Assembly: GCF_009834535.1 (NCBI RefSeq)
Contig: NC_045696.1
Location: forward strand, 69,876,001-69,940,000
Source: Camelus ferus
Taxonomy: Eukaryota
Direction: 5' to 3'
Length of the DNA: 64,000 nt
The stretch's first letter is position 1, and each line of letters begins with the position of its first letter. The notes under the pieces were generated by a model, which worked only from the letters and a program-made list of their open reading frames with translations, did no database searches and was not told the DNA's origin. Below, piece after piece: positions 51,451 through 64,000 of this stretch. Both the position numbers and the translations under genes were made by a program.

Positions 51451-53315
51451 ACTTACCCCATGCCAGCTTCAGTTACCTTAAACTACACCGCTGTTAATTT
51501 ATAATAAAGGTTGAAGTACTATTTAAGCAGTGTCATCAATTGCTTTTTTTAACTTTTTTTTTTTTAAAGAACTCGAGTTTTTAGAAAAAAGTAGATGTAA
51601 TACTGGAAGAGCTGTGACGCTATGTCTTCTCTAGGGATTTCAGGTAACATTTCACAAAACCGTAACCCCTCCTTTTCACTGTTTCTGTGGCTCCCTGAGG
51701 TGCTCTGATTCAGAGCCCTTCTGCTCCACTGAACCTGCCCATTTGTTCAACAGCTCAGCCTGGAAGTCAGCTCATTACTCTGTCTTTGAGGCCAAGAGTC
51801 GCAGTCCAACCCAGCCACTGTCAGCTGTCTGCCCAAAGTAGAGAGGGAGAAGGAAGATGTGTGTGGAACGGCTGGCATACAGCCACCCCTCCAAGGTCCT
51901 GCCCCAAACGCCTGTTACCACCCAGACTGACTGACTTCCTCAGTACCCTGATCTGCCTCAGTGTTCTTAGACTCCCCCTCGTCCCCGGAATTTTTTTTAC
52001 TGTTTCTAGAACCTGGGTGGCTGCATTTCCCCCACTCATATCCTCCTCTGTGAATTTCAGAGAACCTTATGGTCGTTAATGAACTATTTTCATAACCTCC
52101 CCAGAAACAAGCCTCTTCCGTGTTACAGATCAAAGAACCTGTTACTGACACAAAAGGAATCCAGCCAACTGGCCTTCCCCACGCAGAAGGCAGGTCCTGT
52201 TCCAATCCTGTCTCAGCTTTTGACTTGCTGTGTGGCCTTTGTTTCCTCATCCAGTGATAGTATCTATCTCGCAGGAATGTCGTGGAGTTCAGCAAATGCT
52301 GAGAATGGCTGCTCTGCAAGGCTGAAAGATAGGTGTCAGATCTACTAGAATGCCAGTATAACTATATAACTCAAAGCACATTATAGGAATCCAATCTGTG
52401 CTTTATCTTTGTGAGGTAGGTAAGTGGAGGTGCTCCTGTGCTCACTGTGTACCCTTAGAAGTGCCTGTTTCACTATCTCACTTTAACAGTTCCCATCCAC
52501 TTCTAGACTTGCAGGAAATTCTCTCTGAATGGAGACTGAAGCCTCTGATGTGCTCAGCAGGCTTTGTGTCATTTCGCTCTTCAGGGCGTGTGTCTGATTC
52601 CACTTTCGGTTGGGGCAGAGATGCCCTCCTCTGTCCCTGGGTACCTTCCTGGTGTCCTTTTTGGTTCCAGCCTTTTTTCTCATTATGTTGACCTCTCTGC
52701 ACTTGGCACTAGTAATGATCACACTTTTCCAAAACTTGGTTTTGATGTTGTATTCCCAGGATCCTGCCTCTGTGCCTGACCAAACCTGGTCCCTCTCGTC
52801 TCTTGTTCCCTGAAATGTAGGCGGAAATTAAGACCTTTTCTCAGCATAATCTCAGAGGTAATCTCATCCATTTTCAAGGTTTTAACCAAAACCAGTGTTC
52901 AAATTTTGGTCCTAAATTTCTCACTTATTTGACACTTCTTAGATTATTCCAACGTCGTGTGGATTGAGTATATTTAGAATGTAATTTACTTTCTCTCCTC
53001 TCTCCCTGCTGCCCACCGGAAAAAAAATTAGTCCTCTTTCTGAGTGAACCTGATTCTGTCAGGAGTTCCACCATTGGTTCAGACCTTATAATCATTTGAA
53101 CTCTATTTTCTTGAAGCCCTATATTTACTCTCTCCCCACCCCCAGTATCAGGTTTGTATCACACAGAGCCCTCGATATTGTATCAGTAGTTTCCTGCTAG
53201 GGTTCCCTGCCACCAGTCTCAATCCACTACAGTCAGGTTAATCTTCTAGAAACTTTAGACATGCCTTTTCACCACTCTCAAACTTTTCCATGGCTCTCTA
53301 TTGCCTTAAAACAAT

Positions 53316-53837
53316 TGTAGTGATTATCTGTTGCTGTGTAACAAACCCAAACTAAGTGGCATGAAACAACAACCATTGTTTTAGATTCATAGTTTCTCTG
53401 GGTCAGAAATTTGAAAAGGGCACAATGGTTTGGCTTGTCTCTGCTGCGTGATGTCTGGAGCCTCTGCTGGGAAGATTCAAAGGCTGGGGTGACTTGACAT
53501 CAGAGGGCTCACTTGCTCACATCTTCAGCGATTTGATGCTGGCTGTTGGCTGGGACCTCAGCTGGAGCTGTCAGCTGGAACAGTGATCTCTCCGTGTGGT
53601 TGCTTGTGTGTCCTCACAGTATGGTGGCTGGGTTCCAAAAGCAAACATTCCTAAGAGAGGCAGGGTGTGATCGAGCTTCAGAGCCACACACTATCACTTT
53701 CACTGTGGTCATAAGCCTGTCTGGATTCAAGGATAGAACCTCATCTCTTGCGGGAGGAGTGTCAAAAAAGTCACATCATAGGAAGAGCATGTGGGTGATT
53801 TTGTTGCTGTCGTCTTTGGAAAATAAAATCCATCACA
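53316..53837. mobile_element. MaLR solo LTR (MLT1H-like)
   Basis: TG...CA ends; ttgctgtgtaacaaacccaaactaagtggcatgaaacaacaacc...gcttgtctctgctgcgtgatgtctggagcctctgctgggaagattcaaaggctggggtgact. Confidence 0.75.
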
Positions 53838-53883
53838 AAGTCTAGCCTATTATGGGAGTTTATTTAAAGGCCCAGCTTACCTT

Positions 53884-54058
53884 TTTTTTTTTAATTGAAG
53901 TATAGTTGATTTGCGATATTGTGTTAGTTTCACATGTACAGCAAAGTGATTCAGTTATTCTTTTAGATTATATTCCAATATAGGTTATTATAAGATAGTG
54001 ACTATAATTCCCTGTACTAGACAGCAAATCCTCGTTGGTTATTTGCTTTGTGTATAGT
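53884..54058 (-). mobile_element. short artiodactyl-type L1 3' tip
   Basis: aattgaagtatagttgatttg...gtacagcaaagtgattcagtta...ataggttattataagata. Approximate TSD ggcc(c)a(g/a)cttaccttt at 53869-53884 and 54059-54073. Confidence 0.8.
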
Positions 54059-54094
54059 GGCCAACTTACCTTTCAGACAGAATACAAGAGCACC

Positions 54095-54300
54095 TACCAT
54101 TCGCAGAACGCTTCCTGTGTGCCAGGCACTATGTTGAGAGGCTTCTGTGCGTTCTCATCTGATCTAACAATCCCGTGAGCTTAGATGAGGGAACTGAGTC
54201 AGGGAGGTTAATGCAGCTCTGTCAAGGGTCACTCAGTTCGTAGGTAGCTGGGTGGGATTTGAATGCAGAACCTTTGCTGCCAGCCTTACTCTTTCTCCAC
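54095..54300 (-). mobile_element. MIR SINE
   Basis: tgtgccaggcactatgttgagagg...agatgagggaactgagtcagggaggttaa...gggatttgaatgcag. Confidence 0.7.
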
Positions 54301-55864
54301 TTCTGTCAGGGTGAGAGCCCAGGTGCAGGGAGGGGAACAGAGGATGACGGTTATATCAGCTCACCAGGAATCAGGTTTAGTTTAGCCTCTGACCTCTCCA
54401 CCTGTCCGACTGTAGTCCTGGAGGGCTCACAACTCAAGGAAACAAGACTCTTGTTGGCTGATGGCCAGAGCCAGCTTGGCACTCAGAACACACGTGGCCT
54501 CAGTGGACGAGGAGAGCCCGGTGGTGATCTTGTGACTGTCTGTATCTGCCTTCACAGGCCTCAGCTGGGCTCTTTCACTCATGTGCTTTCTGGGAAGCTC
54601 TCTTCCTGCTCCGTTCTCACCTACTCTGTTCATTCCTGCCCAGTCCCATTGCCTATGTAGGACTCCTTGGCTCCAGCATGTGTTAGCTTTGACCTCATGC
54701 TCATTGCAGCCCCACTTAGAGGTACAGAGAGATTTATCTCCATGTAGTTCAACTTCTCGCTGGATTTGGCTCTCCTGGCTTCCCTGGTGTTGCCTGGCCT
54801 GAACTGCTTAGTTGGGTTACCTCCCACCCTTGCTCATGCTGTTTCCACTGCAGGTTGAGTACCCGTTGCCCCCTTTCTTTACGTGGATGATGTCAACTCT
54901 CTTTTGAAGATTCAGCTCAGGTTTCTACCCACCTTCAAGGCTGGCTATGGCCCCTCTGTGCTCCCATAGTTTCTTGTGGGATGGGAAAACCATTCTTCTA
55001 GGATGATTTTTGCCTCATTCTGGACTCATCTGGTTCCATGTGACCCTTACTAGCCTGGGGGCTCCAGCAGGGAAGAAACTGTATGTCACTCATCTTGGAG
55101 CCCTCAGTTTCTGTTAAGAGCTGGGCATATGTATCAGAGACCCTCAGATCATGATGAGGAGGCTGCCATGGTGCCTGGAGCACCAGTGTTGTTCACAAAT
55201 GCTAATGGACTGACTAGGGTGGATGCTGCCAACAGTGACGTGGGGGTGGGAAGAAGATTCAGAGATCTTGAGACTCAGAAGATGTGGCTTCTCATCCAAA
55301 AAGCTATTAGTGTCTTTGCATAAATTACTTCTCTGGGATGCAGTTTCCTTTATTTATTAAATGGAGGGGTTTCCTTAAGGACTTTCCCAGTCCTAATACT
55401 CTGTGAAGACAATTTTACCTGATAAGCTTTTGACTGTAGACTGCCATGGAGCTAAGCAGTGAGTGCTGTCTAATGAAAATATGACCCAATATTGTCATTT
55501 CCAAAGGATGCAAAATTGGTTATTTGCATAATTTTAACTGTGCCCTAGTCAGGGGCTGTGGCTGATGAAATTTGATGGAACTGTAGACACAGCCACAGTC
55601 CACAAAATCTTTCTCTTGCCCACACAAACCTCAGTGGATCCTAATTCTCAAAGTCTCCACTGAATTTTATTGTCTTCTCTCCAGTTTAGCCAATAAGAAA
55701 CATTTCAACAATTTTCAACTCTTAATTAGCAAAAGAAAGACAAAATGACATATCCCTTTGGGGACAAGAGAAAACAATCGTTTTAGGGTTAACAGTTCTC
55801 CCTTATAATGAGGTCTGGTCTTGAAAACACCCTAATATAGTAGGTTCTTACAACTTGATATTAA

Positions 55865-55960
55865 TTACATAATTACATATAATAATGTGTATATAAATAT
55901 ATATATATGTGTGTATGTATGTATACATATGTATATGTGTTTATATTCTGTGTGTGTGTT
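55865..55960. repeat. TA/TG low-complexity microsatellite
   Basis: Seen directly. Confidence 0.85.
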
Positions 55961-57146
55961 TACATAATTATACAGCATCAGGCCTGAGTTCTCTACCCGC
56001 CAGACCTGGTGTACAGAGACCATTCCTTAGTTTCCCAGTGAGCTGCGAGCACAACTAAGGGTCATTTCTTGGAGTCCCTGTGCAGCCTCCACCAGATTGA
56101 TTATTCTTAGTTTGATTATCTCAGCCTGGATCGTACAAGCCTATCTTTTTACTTCCCTGTCTCCACCATACCACTGAATCACCTGTTTCCAAGCTCAATA
56201 TACCTCCTCCAGAAAGCACAAGATGACACAAAATTGAAAACTTAAATCTGCCAATGTTGCCCCTCAGGAGAGGTTCACTTCATAAATGGCTGGCGAAGGA
56301 AGTGGTGAAGAAAGGCGATGCTGTCTTAAGGTGTGATTCAGTTCTTGTTGCAATCTCTTTAGTTTTTAAAAATAATCCATGAAGCTTTTATCTTGTGTTT
56401 CTGTAGCATATCCTAACAGTGATTTCCTCCTCTTGCGCCTCAGTTTCACCCCCTACAAAGTGGGGGTAAACAAACACTGCCACCTGGGAGTTTCTGAGGG
56501 CTGCCAAGGAGGCAGACTGAACAGCTGCTAAAGAGAAGGCATTATCTGCCACCCAGAAGAAAAACGCCTCACAAACAGACCACAGGCTGCCCTGACTTGC
56601 CAAAGGAGCATTCTCTGTAAGCAGGAGGAGTCAGGAAAAAGCTAACATGGGCAAGTTTCCCCCAGGGTCTGTTGGTCCTGATGACAGAGGGAACTTGCTA
56701 GGTGGGTGGGTGTTCGTGTCTTTTCAGATGAAGGCTAGGGGGTGATAGACAGAAAGGGAGGAGGACGACAGGTGCACGAGAGACCTGCTTGAGGTTTCAG
56801 CTGATAAACAGTGTTGTATTGTTCTGGAGGAGACCAGCACAAAAGTACAGTTTTTAGAGAAGGAATTGATTTCTAATAAAATTCTCTAGTGTGAGCAGGT
56901 AGCAAAATTAAAAGTTTTAACCATTAAAGTAAAATTCTGGGAGAGGAGAAAAACCTCACTTGGAAGGAGAAGAGAGTATGATCTTCTCCTTTTATATGTG
57001 ACATTAAGTGGTTAAAATCCACACATTCATTTTCTTATTTCAGATGAGATGCCTGGGGTATCTTTGCTCTATTGATAGTACACAGGAAGTAGCAATTGAT
57101 AGTGCTCTGTGACATCTGCCTGGTCACATGTGCACACACGTGTGTA

Positions 57147-57149
<3 letters not shown>

Positions 57150-57188
<39 letters not shown>
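57150..57188. repeat. (CA)n microsatellite
   Basis: Seen directly. Confidence 0.95.
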
Positions 57189-57191
<3 letters not shown>

Positions 57192-58762
57192 CTTCGAGGT
57201 GTTCCTGGTGACCTTTCTTCTTCTTGTATCTTTGACCAGACTACCCTCAGAGTAATTTGTCGGCCCTGTATCAGCTTCACCTTGATGTGGCTTGACTGCC
57301 TGTGGACTACCTTCTCAGTCTACAGTTACTTCCTGTTTGGTTTCAGAATTTGTTTCCGGTCATACAAAGCATAACCCCAGACCTGCCATGTAGCCCAAGA
57401 GAGCAGTTGTAAAACTCTGAGCCTCAGTTTCCTTATCTGCAAAATGAAGCTATTCTGAAATTTGAAACTGAGGTTCTTCCAAAACCTGAAAATGTCAACT
57501 GTAAGGTGTCAGTCCCTGGATGACTGGGTGGGAGGAGTAGCTTCAGCAGCACAACATCCCAGTGACCTGTCAGCATCCTTTCACATCATCCAGGTAAGAG
57601 CTTTTGGGAGCAACATGCTGGTTTTCCAGTGGTTTGCAGGAGGAGCCAACTGTGTGCATCTCTTTCCAACTTTTGTTGGGTGACATCGTGTTAGTAGCCT
57701 TAAATTAGTGATGGTGAGAGTATTTACTACAAAAATTGGCTAAAACTACACGTTGCCTCCCCCTCCTTGTTTAAGTGTGACTCAGTAGCCCTGGGATCCG
57801 GTACAGCTTGCTTCTCTCATTTGAGTTTGTCTCTATCAAAGCTCACTTCTTTGTACTCTAGCCTTCACTCCCCGGTCCACACTCCTGGTCCCTTCAGGAC
57901 CATCACTGCCTTATTCCTGTTTAACCCACGGAGATGTTCATGCAAATAAGGTGAAGCCCACGAGAGAAGGGCTGCTGTGGGTGTTGCTGAGCCAGTGGCT
58001 GCAGCAGATTTTCATACCACCAGTGATGGCCATTTAATTACCACCTTTATTCTAGCAAACCCAATCCAGTTTGTCTTTTATACTATCGTTAGTCAATGGC
58101 AGGTAGTACCCTGCGGTTTTGTAGGACTTTGTTTTGCCCCATCATCTTTGCCTCACAAATAACAGGAGTTGTGAGTGACTGCCCTGCTCGAATGCCTGCA
58201 GCGGTCACTCACAGCCTGCTATGTTCGTACAAACTGCTTGCCCATCTAAATACGATCTCTGCAGTTGTCCCAACTTAGTATTCATCTGTCTCCCCAGTAG
58301 ATGTACCCCCTTTGCCCTTGCCCACACACAGTCTACTTGTTCCTCTCCCCACCCAAGCTCTTCTCTGACCATCACAATCCTGTCATGGTCCACACTGAAT
58401 ACAAGGCATGACTGGGGTCTGGCTTCCCAAGGATGTGGCTCCTTTAAGCTGCAGGCGGCAGCAACTTGGGAAGGACTGGGAGGCCCAGAATAGTCCACTG
58501 AAGGGGTGGTTCTTAACCCCAGAAGACACAAGACCCTTATCTCTGGTGTTAATCTGCCCCTTGTTCATCTCTGCTTCTTGAGGTTTGATCATGGCTTTGC
58601 TCTTCCTTTCCTCCCGATACAGTTTTCCCCCAAATTTCTTCCTACCCATCTGCCGCTTCCAGGAGGGAGTTTCTGACTTAACTTCTGGCAGAGTTATTGC
58701 TCTGGCCCTTGAACTACACTCACACCTGCTCTTCTTGAATCTAATATCTGACCTCCCTAGTC

Positions 58763-58982
58763 CAAGGGTCGGCTTTTTTTGTTTGTTTTTGCAAAGAGCA
58801 GGATAGTCAACATATTAGGCTTTGTGGCCTGTATAGTCTGTCACAACTGCTCAGCTCTGCCATCGTAGTGGGAGAGCAGCTGTGGACAGTATTTAAATAA
58901 ATGGGCGTTTCAATGAAACTTTACTTACAAAAACAGACTTTGGGCTGGATATAGCCCACCAGCCGTGGTTTGCTGACCCCTA
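58763..58982. mobile_element. MER58A hAT MITE
   Basis: TIRs caagggtcggc / gctgaccccta; perfect 8-bp TSD CCCTAGTC at 58755-58762 and 58983-58990. Confidence 0.85.
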
Positions 58983-61826
58983 CCCTAGTCAAACACCTGC
59001 TAATATCACTCCTGACACCTATTCGTATAACTGTCTGCCAGCCTGAATACATGATGTACGTTCGTGTGGCTCGTGCAAGAGATCATAGCTGGGACACGCC
59101 CAGCTGGGAATCCTGCAGTCTCAGAGTTGAGGGTTCCAGAGAACATACTTGTCCCACTTATTCGAGCCACAAAGAAGTGCTGATTCAGAATGAGGTAGAA
59201 GCACTTGTGTTCTGAGAGCCAGCAGGTCATAGAGCAACATTTCCCAAATTTCAGTTATCTATGTACTGCTTTCACATTCACTTTAAAAAGAAACTTTATA
59301 TTATTTGCATAAGTGGAAAACCAGTTCCATTTGCAATAAATAGAAAGTAACCATAAAAATAGAACATACTGAGAACAGTGTGTTATTAAATTCTAGCTGT
59401 TGCTTATTGAGAGTTTCTTAGCCTAACCCCTCTTTTTTTTTCTTGAGAAAGAGAAGGATTAGAATTGGAGAGGTGCTAAAGACTGCCAGCCCCAGACTGA
59501 GAGTGCTTCCTTGTTGTAAAAAGAAATTTTAGAAAATAAATGGAAGGTGATGGGTTGTTTTTATTGCTGTATTTGCTCACCTCCTGCAGTCATTACATGG
59601 AACTCTGTGTCTCATGTGCTGCCTGAAAACTGCCAGAATGAAAGGACAGGTCAGACAGATGTGTGTTCACGTTCCTGGCTTCACCTTAGATTCCCCAACT
59701 GCAAAGTGGAAACAGTTAATACTTACCCCACCTTCATTCACGTAGCAAGTAGAAGTCAGGTATTGTCTGGGCCCCACTGAGTGCCAGTGTGGGGCTCTTA
59801 CAGGCACTGGAGTTGGTGTTCCTAAAGCACCCAACACAGTGCCTGTCCTTCTCATGGACACCGTTGTCCTTGGGACCCCTGTGAATTCAAAATCTCTCTC
59901 ACAGTTCTTGCGATAGTATCTGTGAAATTTCTGTAATTGCTCTATTGCATCACAGCTGAGAGACTTGGGCAAGTTACTTAAGCTCTCTTCTGGCCCGCTG
60001 ACCAGAGTGAGAATAAATGAGCTGGCCTGTGTAGAAATGCTTTGTAATGGCAAAGTCTGCTGCAGTTCTATCACTGGCAGCAGCGTGGGTGATGGGTTTT
60101 GTTGACCTATCTTCCTCACCTCCTGGACTGAGTTCCTGGGGAAGGCAGAGACTGTGGTGGTGGGCTTCTGTCTACATCCCCCTTTGCATTTGCAGTTTGT
60201 TCAAAACTGTCCGTGAAGTGGGTGGAAAGCGTCATTCCCGTTCCTTCTCACTTACTTCTCTACTTCTCTACCTCCCAAGACTGGAGGCTTTGGCTTTTAT
60301 AAACAGATAAATCTTGGTGGTGCCAGCCTACTTCCCATCCAGAAAATACTTGATGGTAGGCTAGGCTATCTGCATGGGTGCAGGCCTGGGATGAAACTGT
60401 GTCTGCTTGTCCTCTGTTGACTCCAGGTACTGCTTGGATTCCTGGGTGTCACCTCCCGCAGTTGCATTCTGCACCATTGCCCCTTAGTCAGTTAACTCTC
60501 TGCCATTTCAAAGCTCACTCTCCACCTCCAGTGAGCCTGCTGATTCATAGTCTTTTCCTTAGAACTCTTGTTTGTTACAGATGTTTTTACAAGTTCTTAA
60601 CCATGGGGTTCTTTTCTTCTGGCCTTTACAAATTGTTTTTCTTGGCTCACAGATTAAAGTCTGTCTATCTATCTGTGTCATTGAATGAAGATTTCTAAGA
60701 CTTCTCTTGGTCCTATTCTCAGAATAAACCCCTCACAGCACAGAAATTCTCCCTTCAAAGGTTTGGGGTTTTTTTGTTTTTTTGTTTTTTTGTTTTTTTT
60801 TGCCTGGACAACTTAGTTCTTGTACACGTTTCTTTGTGAGAAAGAGGCATGTCTACTGTCCTTGGGAGAAGAGAGCAGGCAGGACTGAGAACTCTTAAGA
60901 CACACTAAGGAGGATTGTAGAATGAGGCCACCTGGCCCCAGAGAAACAAAATAACCTGCTACAGTCACATACCTGGGTGGTTGCCCTGCACGCAGCAGTC
61001 CTGATGCCTAGTCACGTTCTCCCAATAGATGGGGTCTCAAGCGCTTGGGGAATGAGCTCCCTGTTAGGGCTGCGTGGCCATCAAAGGGCTGCAAGGATCC
61101 TGGTCAGAGACAGAGCAGCCCTTTTACATTGAGAAGACCTGGCCTGACCAAAGGGAGTTGAATGGGGAGGCCGGATTACATGGGCTGAATGGGCAACTGT
61201 GCCTGCTGTCTGTTCACTTGTGTATAATCATCCCTCAAACAGAAAAGTGCTGGATGATGGGATGAACAAATCACAGTGGTGGGGCAGAGTCTGGCTGAGC
61301 AGCAGAGATGTAAACAGCAGGTTGTGGTAAATGCAACAAAGAAGACCCTAGCTCAGGACTGTGGGAGCACTGATCCTGCCAGCCTGGGCAGCCACCCCTC
61401 AGCTAAGGTGAAATTTTGATCCTGGCACCTGGTGTTAACCAGATACTGCCTGTAAATGAAGAATATCCCCTTGTCCCCATTCTGATTGATCAGCCAGCAC
61501 TGATGGGGCTGCTTTCTCCATGCCCAGCATGACTCTGAGTAAGTACCCTCTCCTTGACCAGACCAGGGAGCTTGATGGTGTTATTCTCCCTGGCGCTGCT
61601 CCTCTCCACCACCACCCACACCCCACACCCCCGGAAGAAAAGTGAATCCTTTATGAGGTTAGGTTGGGACATGGGTTTGGTGGCCAACCCAGCAACCCTG
61701 GCATTCAAGGAGGCCTACAAACTAAGGCAGCCTACTCCCCGGGGAGGTGTGCTCTTTGCCACTAGAAGAGGCAGAGGACAGGCCTCTGAGTTTTGTTTTC
61801 TGTTGAGTATGGAAAGAGGGGAAGGA

Positions 61827-62705
61827 ATGCAATCCCTATCATATTACCCAGGACATATTTCATGGAACTAGGAAAAATCATAATAAAATCAGAATGGCCA
61901 TCATTCAGAAGTCCACAAATGACAAATGCTGAAGAGGCTGTGGAGGAAAGGGAACCCTCCTACACTGCTGGTGGGGATGCAGTTTGGTGCAGCCACTGTG
62001 GAAAACAGTATGGAGATTCCTCAAAAGACTAGGAATAGACTTACCATATGACCCAGGAATCCTGCTCCTGGGCATATATCCAGAAGGAACCCTACTTCAA
62101 AAAGACACCTGTACCCCAATGTTCACAGCAGCACTATTTACAATAGCCAAGACATGGAAAGAGCCTAAATGTCCATCAACAGATGACTGGATAAAGAAGA
62201 TGTGGTATATTTCTACAGTGGAATACTATTCAGCCATAAAAATGACAACATAATGCCATTTGCAGCAACATGGATGTTCTTGGAGAATGTCATTCTAAGT
62301 GAAGTAAGCCAGAAAGAGAAAGAAAAATACCATATAAGATTGCTTATATGTGGAATCTAAAAAAAAAAAAAAAATTAAATACAGAACAGAAACAGACTCA
62401 TAGACATAGAATACAAACTTGTGGTTGCCAAGGGGGCAGGGATGGAAAGGGACAGACTGAGATTTCAAAATGTAGTATAGATAAGCAAGATTATATTGCA
62501 TAGCACAGGGAAATATATACAAGATCTTGTGGTAGCTCACAGTGAAAAAAAATGTGACAATGAATATATGTATGTTCATATATAACTGAAAAATTGTGCT
62601 CTACACTGGAATTTGACACATTGTAAAATGATTATTACTCAATAAAAAATGTTAAAAAAAGTAAAATGAGTATAACTCAATTTTTTTAAAAGTAAAAAAA
62701 AAGAA
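61827..62705 (+). mobile_element. younger camelid-type L1 3' portion with internal deletion
   Basis: ORF2 peptides NAIPIILPRTYFMEL and [51 protein letters not shown], then 3'UTR and A-rich tail. Confidence 0.88.
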
Positions 62706-62904
62706 GGAAAGGAAGAAAAAGAAGGATATTCTTTTTCCACACAGCACCTCTGTGAGATTGTACTATAGACCAAAGGCAAATCAGTTAAGTTAATGTTCAC
62801 TGGATAGACACTGCAGAAAATATTAATAAAAGAATTCGAAAAATGTGTTGGGCAGAGGAGTCATTATTAGAATAAGTAAATAGTCTTCTAAGGGCATTTA
62901 CTTT

Positions 62905-63007
62905 AGGGGAGGGTGTAGCTCAGTGGTGGAGTGTATGCTTAGCATGCACAAGGTCCAGGACCTCCAATAAAAAATAAAATAAATAAATCTAATTACCCCC
63001 CCAAAAA
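62905..63007 (+). mobile_element. Vic-1-like SINE lacking its B box
   Basis: GGGGAGGGTGTAGCTCAGTGG..., tail aataaatctaattacccccc. TSD TAAGGGCATTTACTTT at 62889-62904 and 63008-63023. Confidence 0.88.
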
Positions 63008-63569
63008 TAAGGGCATTTACTTTGATGGAAGCATTATTCATGTAGATTAAAATAATAAAAATTTTAGGATATTCATTTAAAGAAAATCAACCATGTTACT
63101 TAATCGTAACTTCCACCAACCTAAAACACTCCTAATGTTTTTTACTAGATCTATTACATTCTCAAGAGGTGTGGTAAATGCCTGCTGGGAACAGAAGAGT
63201 ATTATAATGGTGGTTGGCAAGATGCTTTTCTTTTCAGCAGAAGAGATACTTAATTTGTTGGTTAAGTGTACCTGGCAGCCCCACGTCTGAGGCAAGTGAG
63301 GAATTACCAGTAGGTTGCCCAGTGGTGGGATGCAGGCAGCTACAGGAGAGGGTAGGATTGTACTTGCACCCAAATTTTCAGAGCCACAAATCTGTCTTCT
63401 CTGAGGAAGGGAGTCAAGAGGACAACTGCTTCTGAAAAGGAACTTAATGCTGTTGGCTTTGTTTACATTGTCTCCCAGTTTCTGGGTCTTGGCGAAAGGT
63501 TTATCACCTTCATGGTCAACTCAGGAAATAAGAGGCCTTTCGTGCCGCTGTGGTTCCTGCCAGCCTCTC

Positions 63570-63960
63570 CAGCCTGCTCTCTTGACCATCCTGGAAGCAT
63601 TCTCTGCTCCCGTCAAACCACGTGCCTGGGCTGCCTTGCCTTTGTGCACCTCATTCCCTTGACTTGAAAGGCCCTCTAGACCCCTCTGCACCCTCCACCT
63701 TGCCTTTGCTCCCCTGGCTCACTCTGCCTCCTACTGCCCAGGACTCAACTGGGGAATCGCCTTCCCTGGGTGCCCTGTTGAATGTCTCCTCCAGTGTGGT
63801 GCAGGCCTGTCTCATAGCCGCACGGTGTGCAAGGTGCGCTGGCTGCCTTCCTGCCAGACCGTGAGCTCCTCATGGTAGGGGACAGGCTTTTCACCTGTCT
63901 CCCTAGTGTCCAGCATAGTAGCTGCTCAGTAAGGGTTTGTCGAATCATTGAAGTGAATGA
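63570..63960 (+). mobile_element. L2 3' fragment
   Basis: agaccgtgagctcctcatggtaggggac...cctagtgtccagcatagtagctgctcagtaagggtttg. Confidence 0.7.
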
Positions 63961-64000
63961 AGTTAAACCAGGAGTCACCTGCCAGAATACCAAAGAAGAG

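Noticed and set aside
57570..57600. CAG|GTAAGA strong donor
   Set aside because: No convincing acceptor or recognisable coding frame upstream; isolated donors are common in introns.
1296..63993. ORF-track entries as protein-coding genes
   Set aside because: All are short (up to 185 aa), many use non-ATG starts or overlap repeats, and only L1 ORF1/ORF2 and Charlie remnants are recognisable.

Overview
Mammalian non-coding DNA, most likely from a camelid (two tRNA-Ala-derived Vic-1-type SINEs and artiodactyl-type L1 3' ends). It reads as a long intron or intergenic region, but I could not identify a host gene or support any cellular protein-coding exon. The only ORFs I recognise as proteins are decayed L1 pieces. 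The window is dense in old repeats (MIR, L2, L1M, MLT1, MER5, MER58, MER45B, Charlie1, Tigger2 derivative). The most notable structure is a 3.1-kb minus-strand retro-insertion (31064-34188) bounded by a perfect 18-bp target-site duplication (TSD). It has an L1 5'UTR and ORF1 but no sense ORF2 (half-L1/HAL1-like), a 3' region built from inverted L1 ORF2 scraps, and an apparent ~570-bp 3' transduction. Two more 5'-truncated members of the family, each with its own TSD, lie at ~37.0 and ~43.7 kb. Candidate splicing signals (a recursive AG|GTAAGT site at 46597 and a 6-nt minus-strand microexon at 1537-1542) and a CTCF motif are unverified. Repeat family names come from recalled consensus sequences, not a database search, and boundaries of old repeats are approximate.
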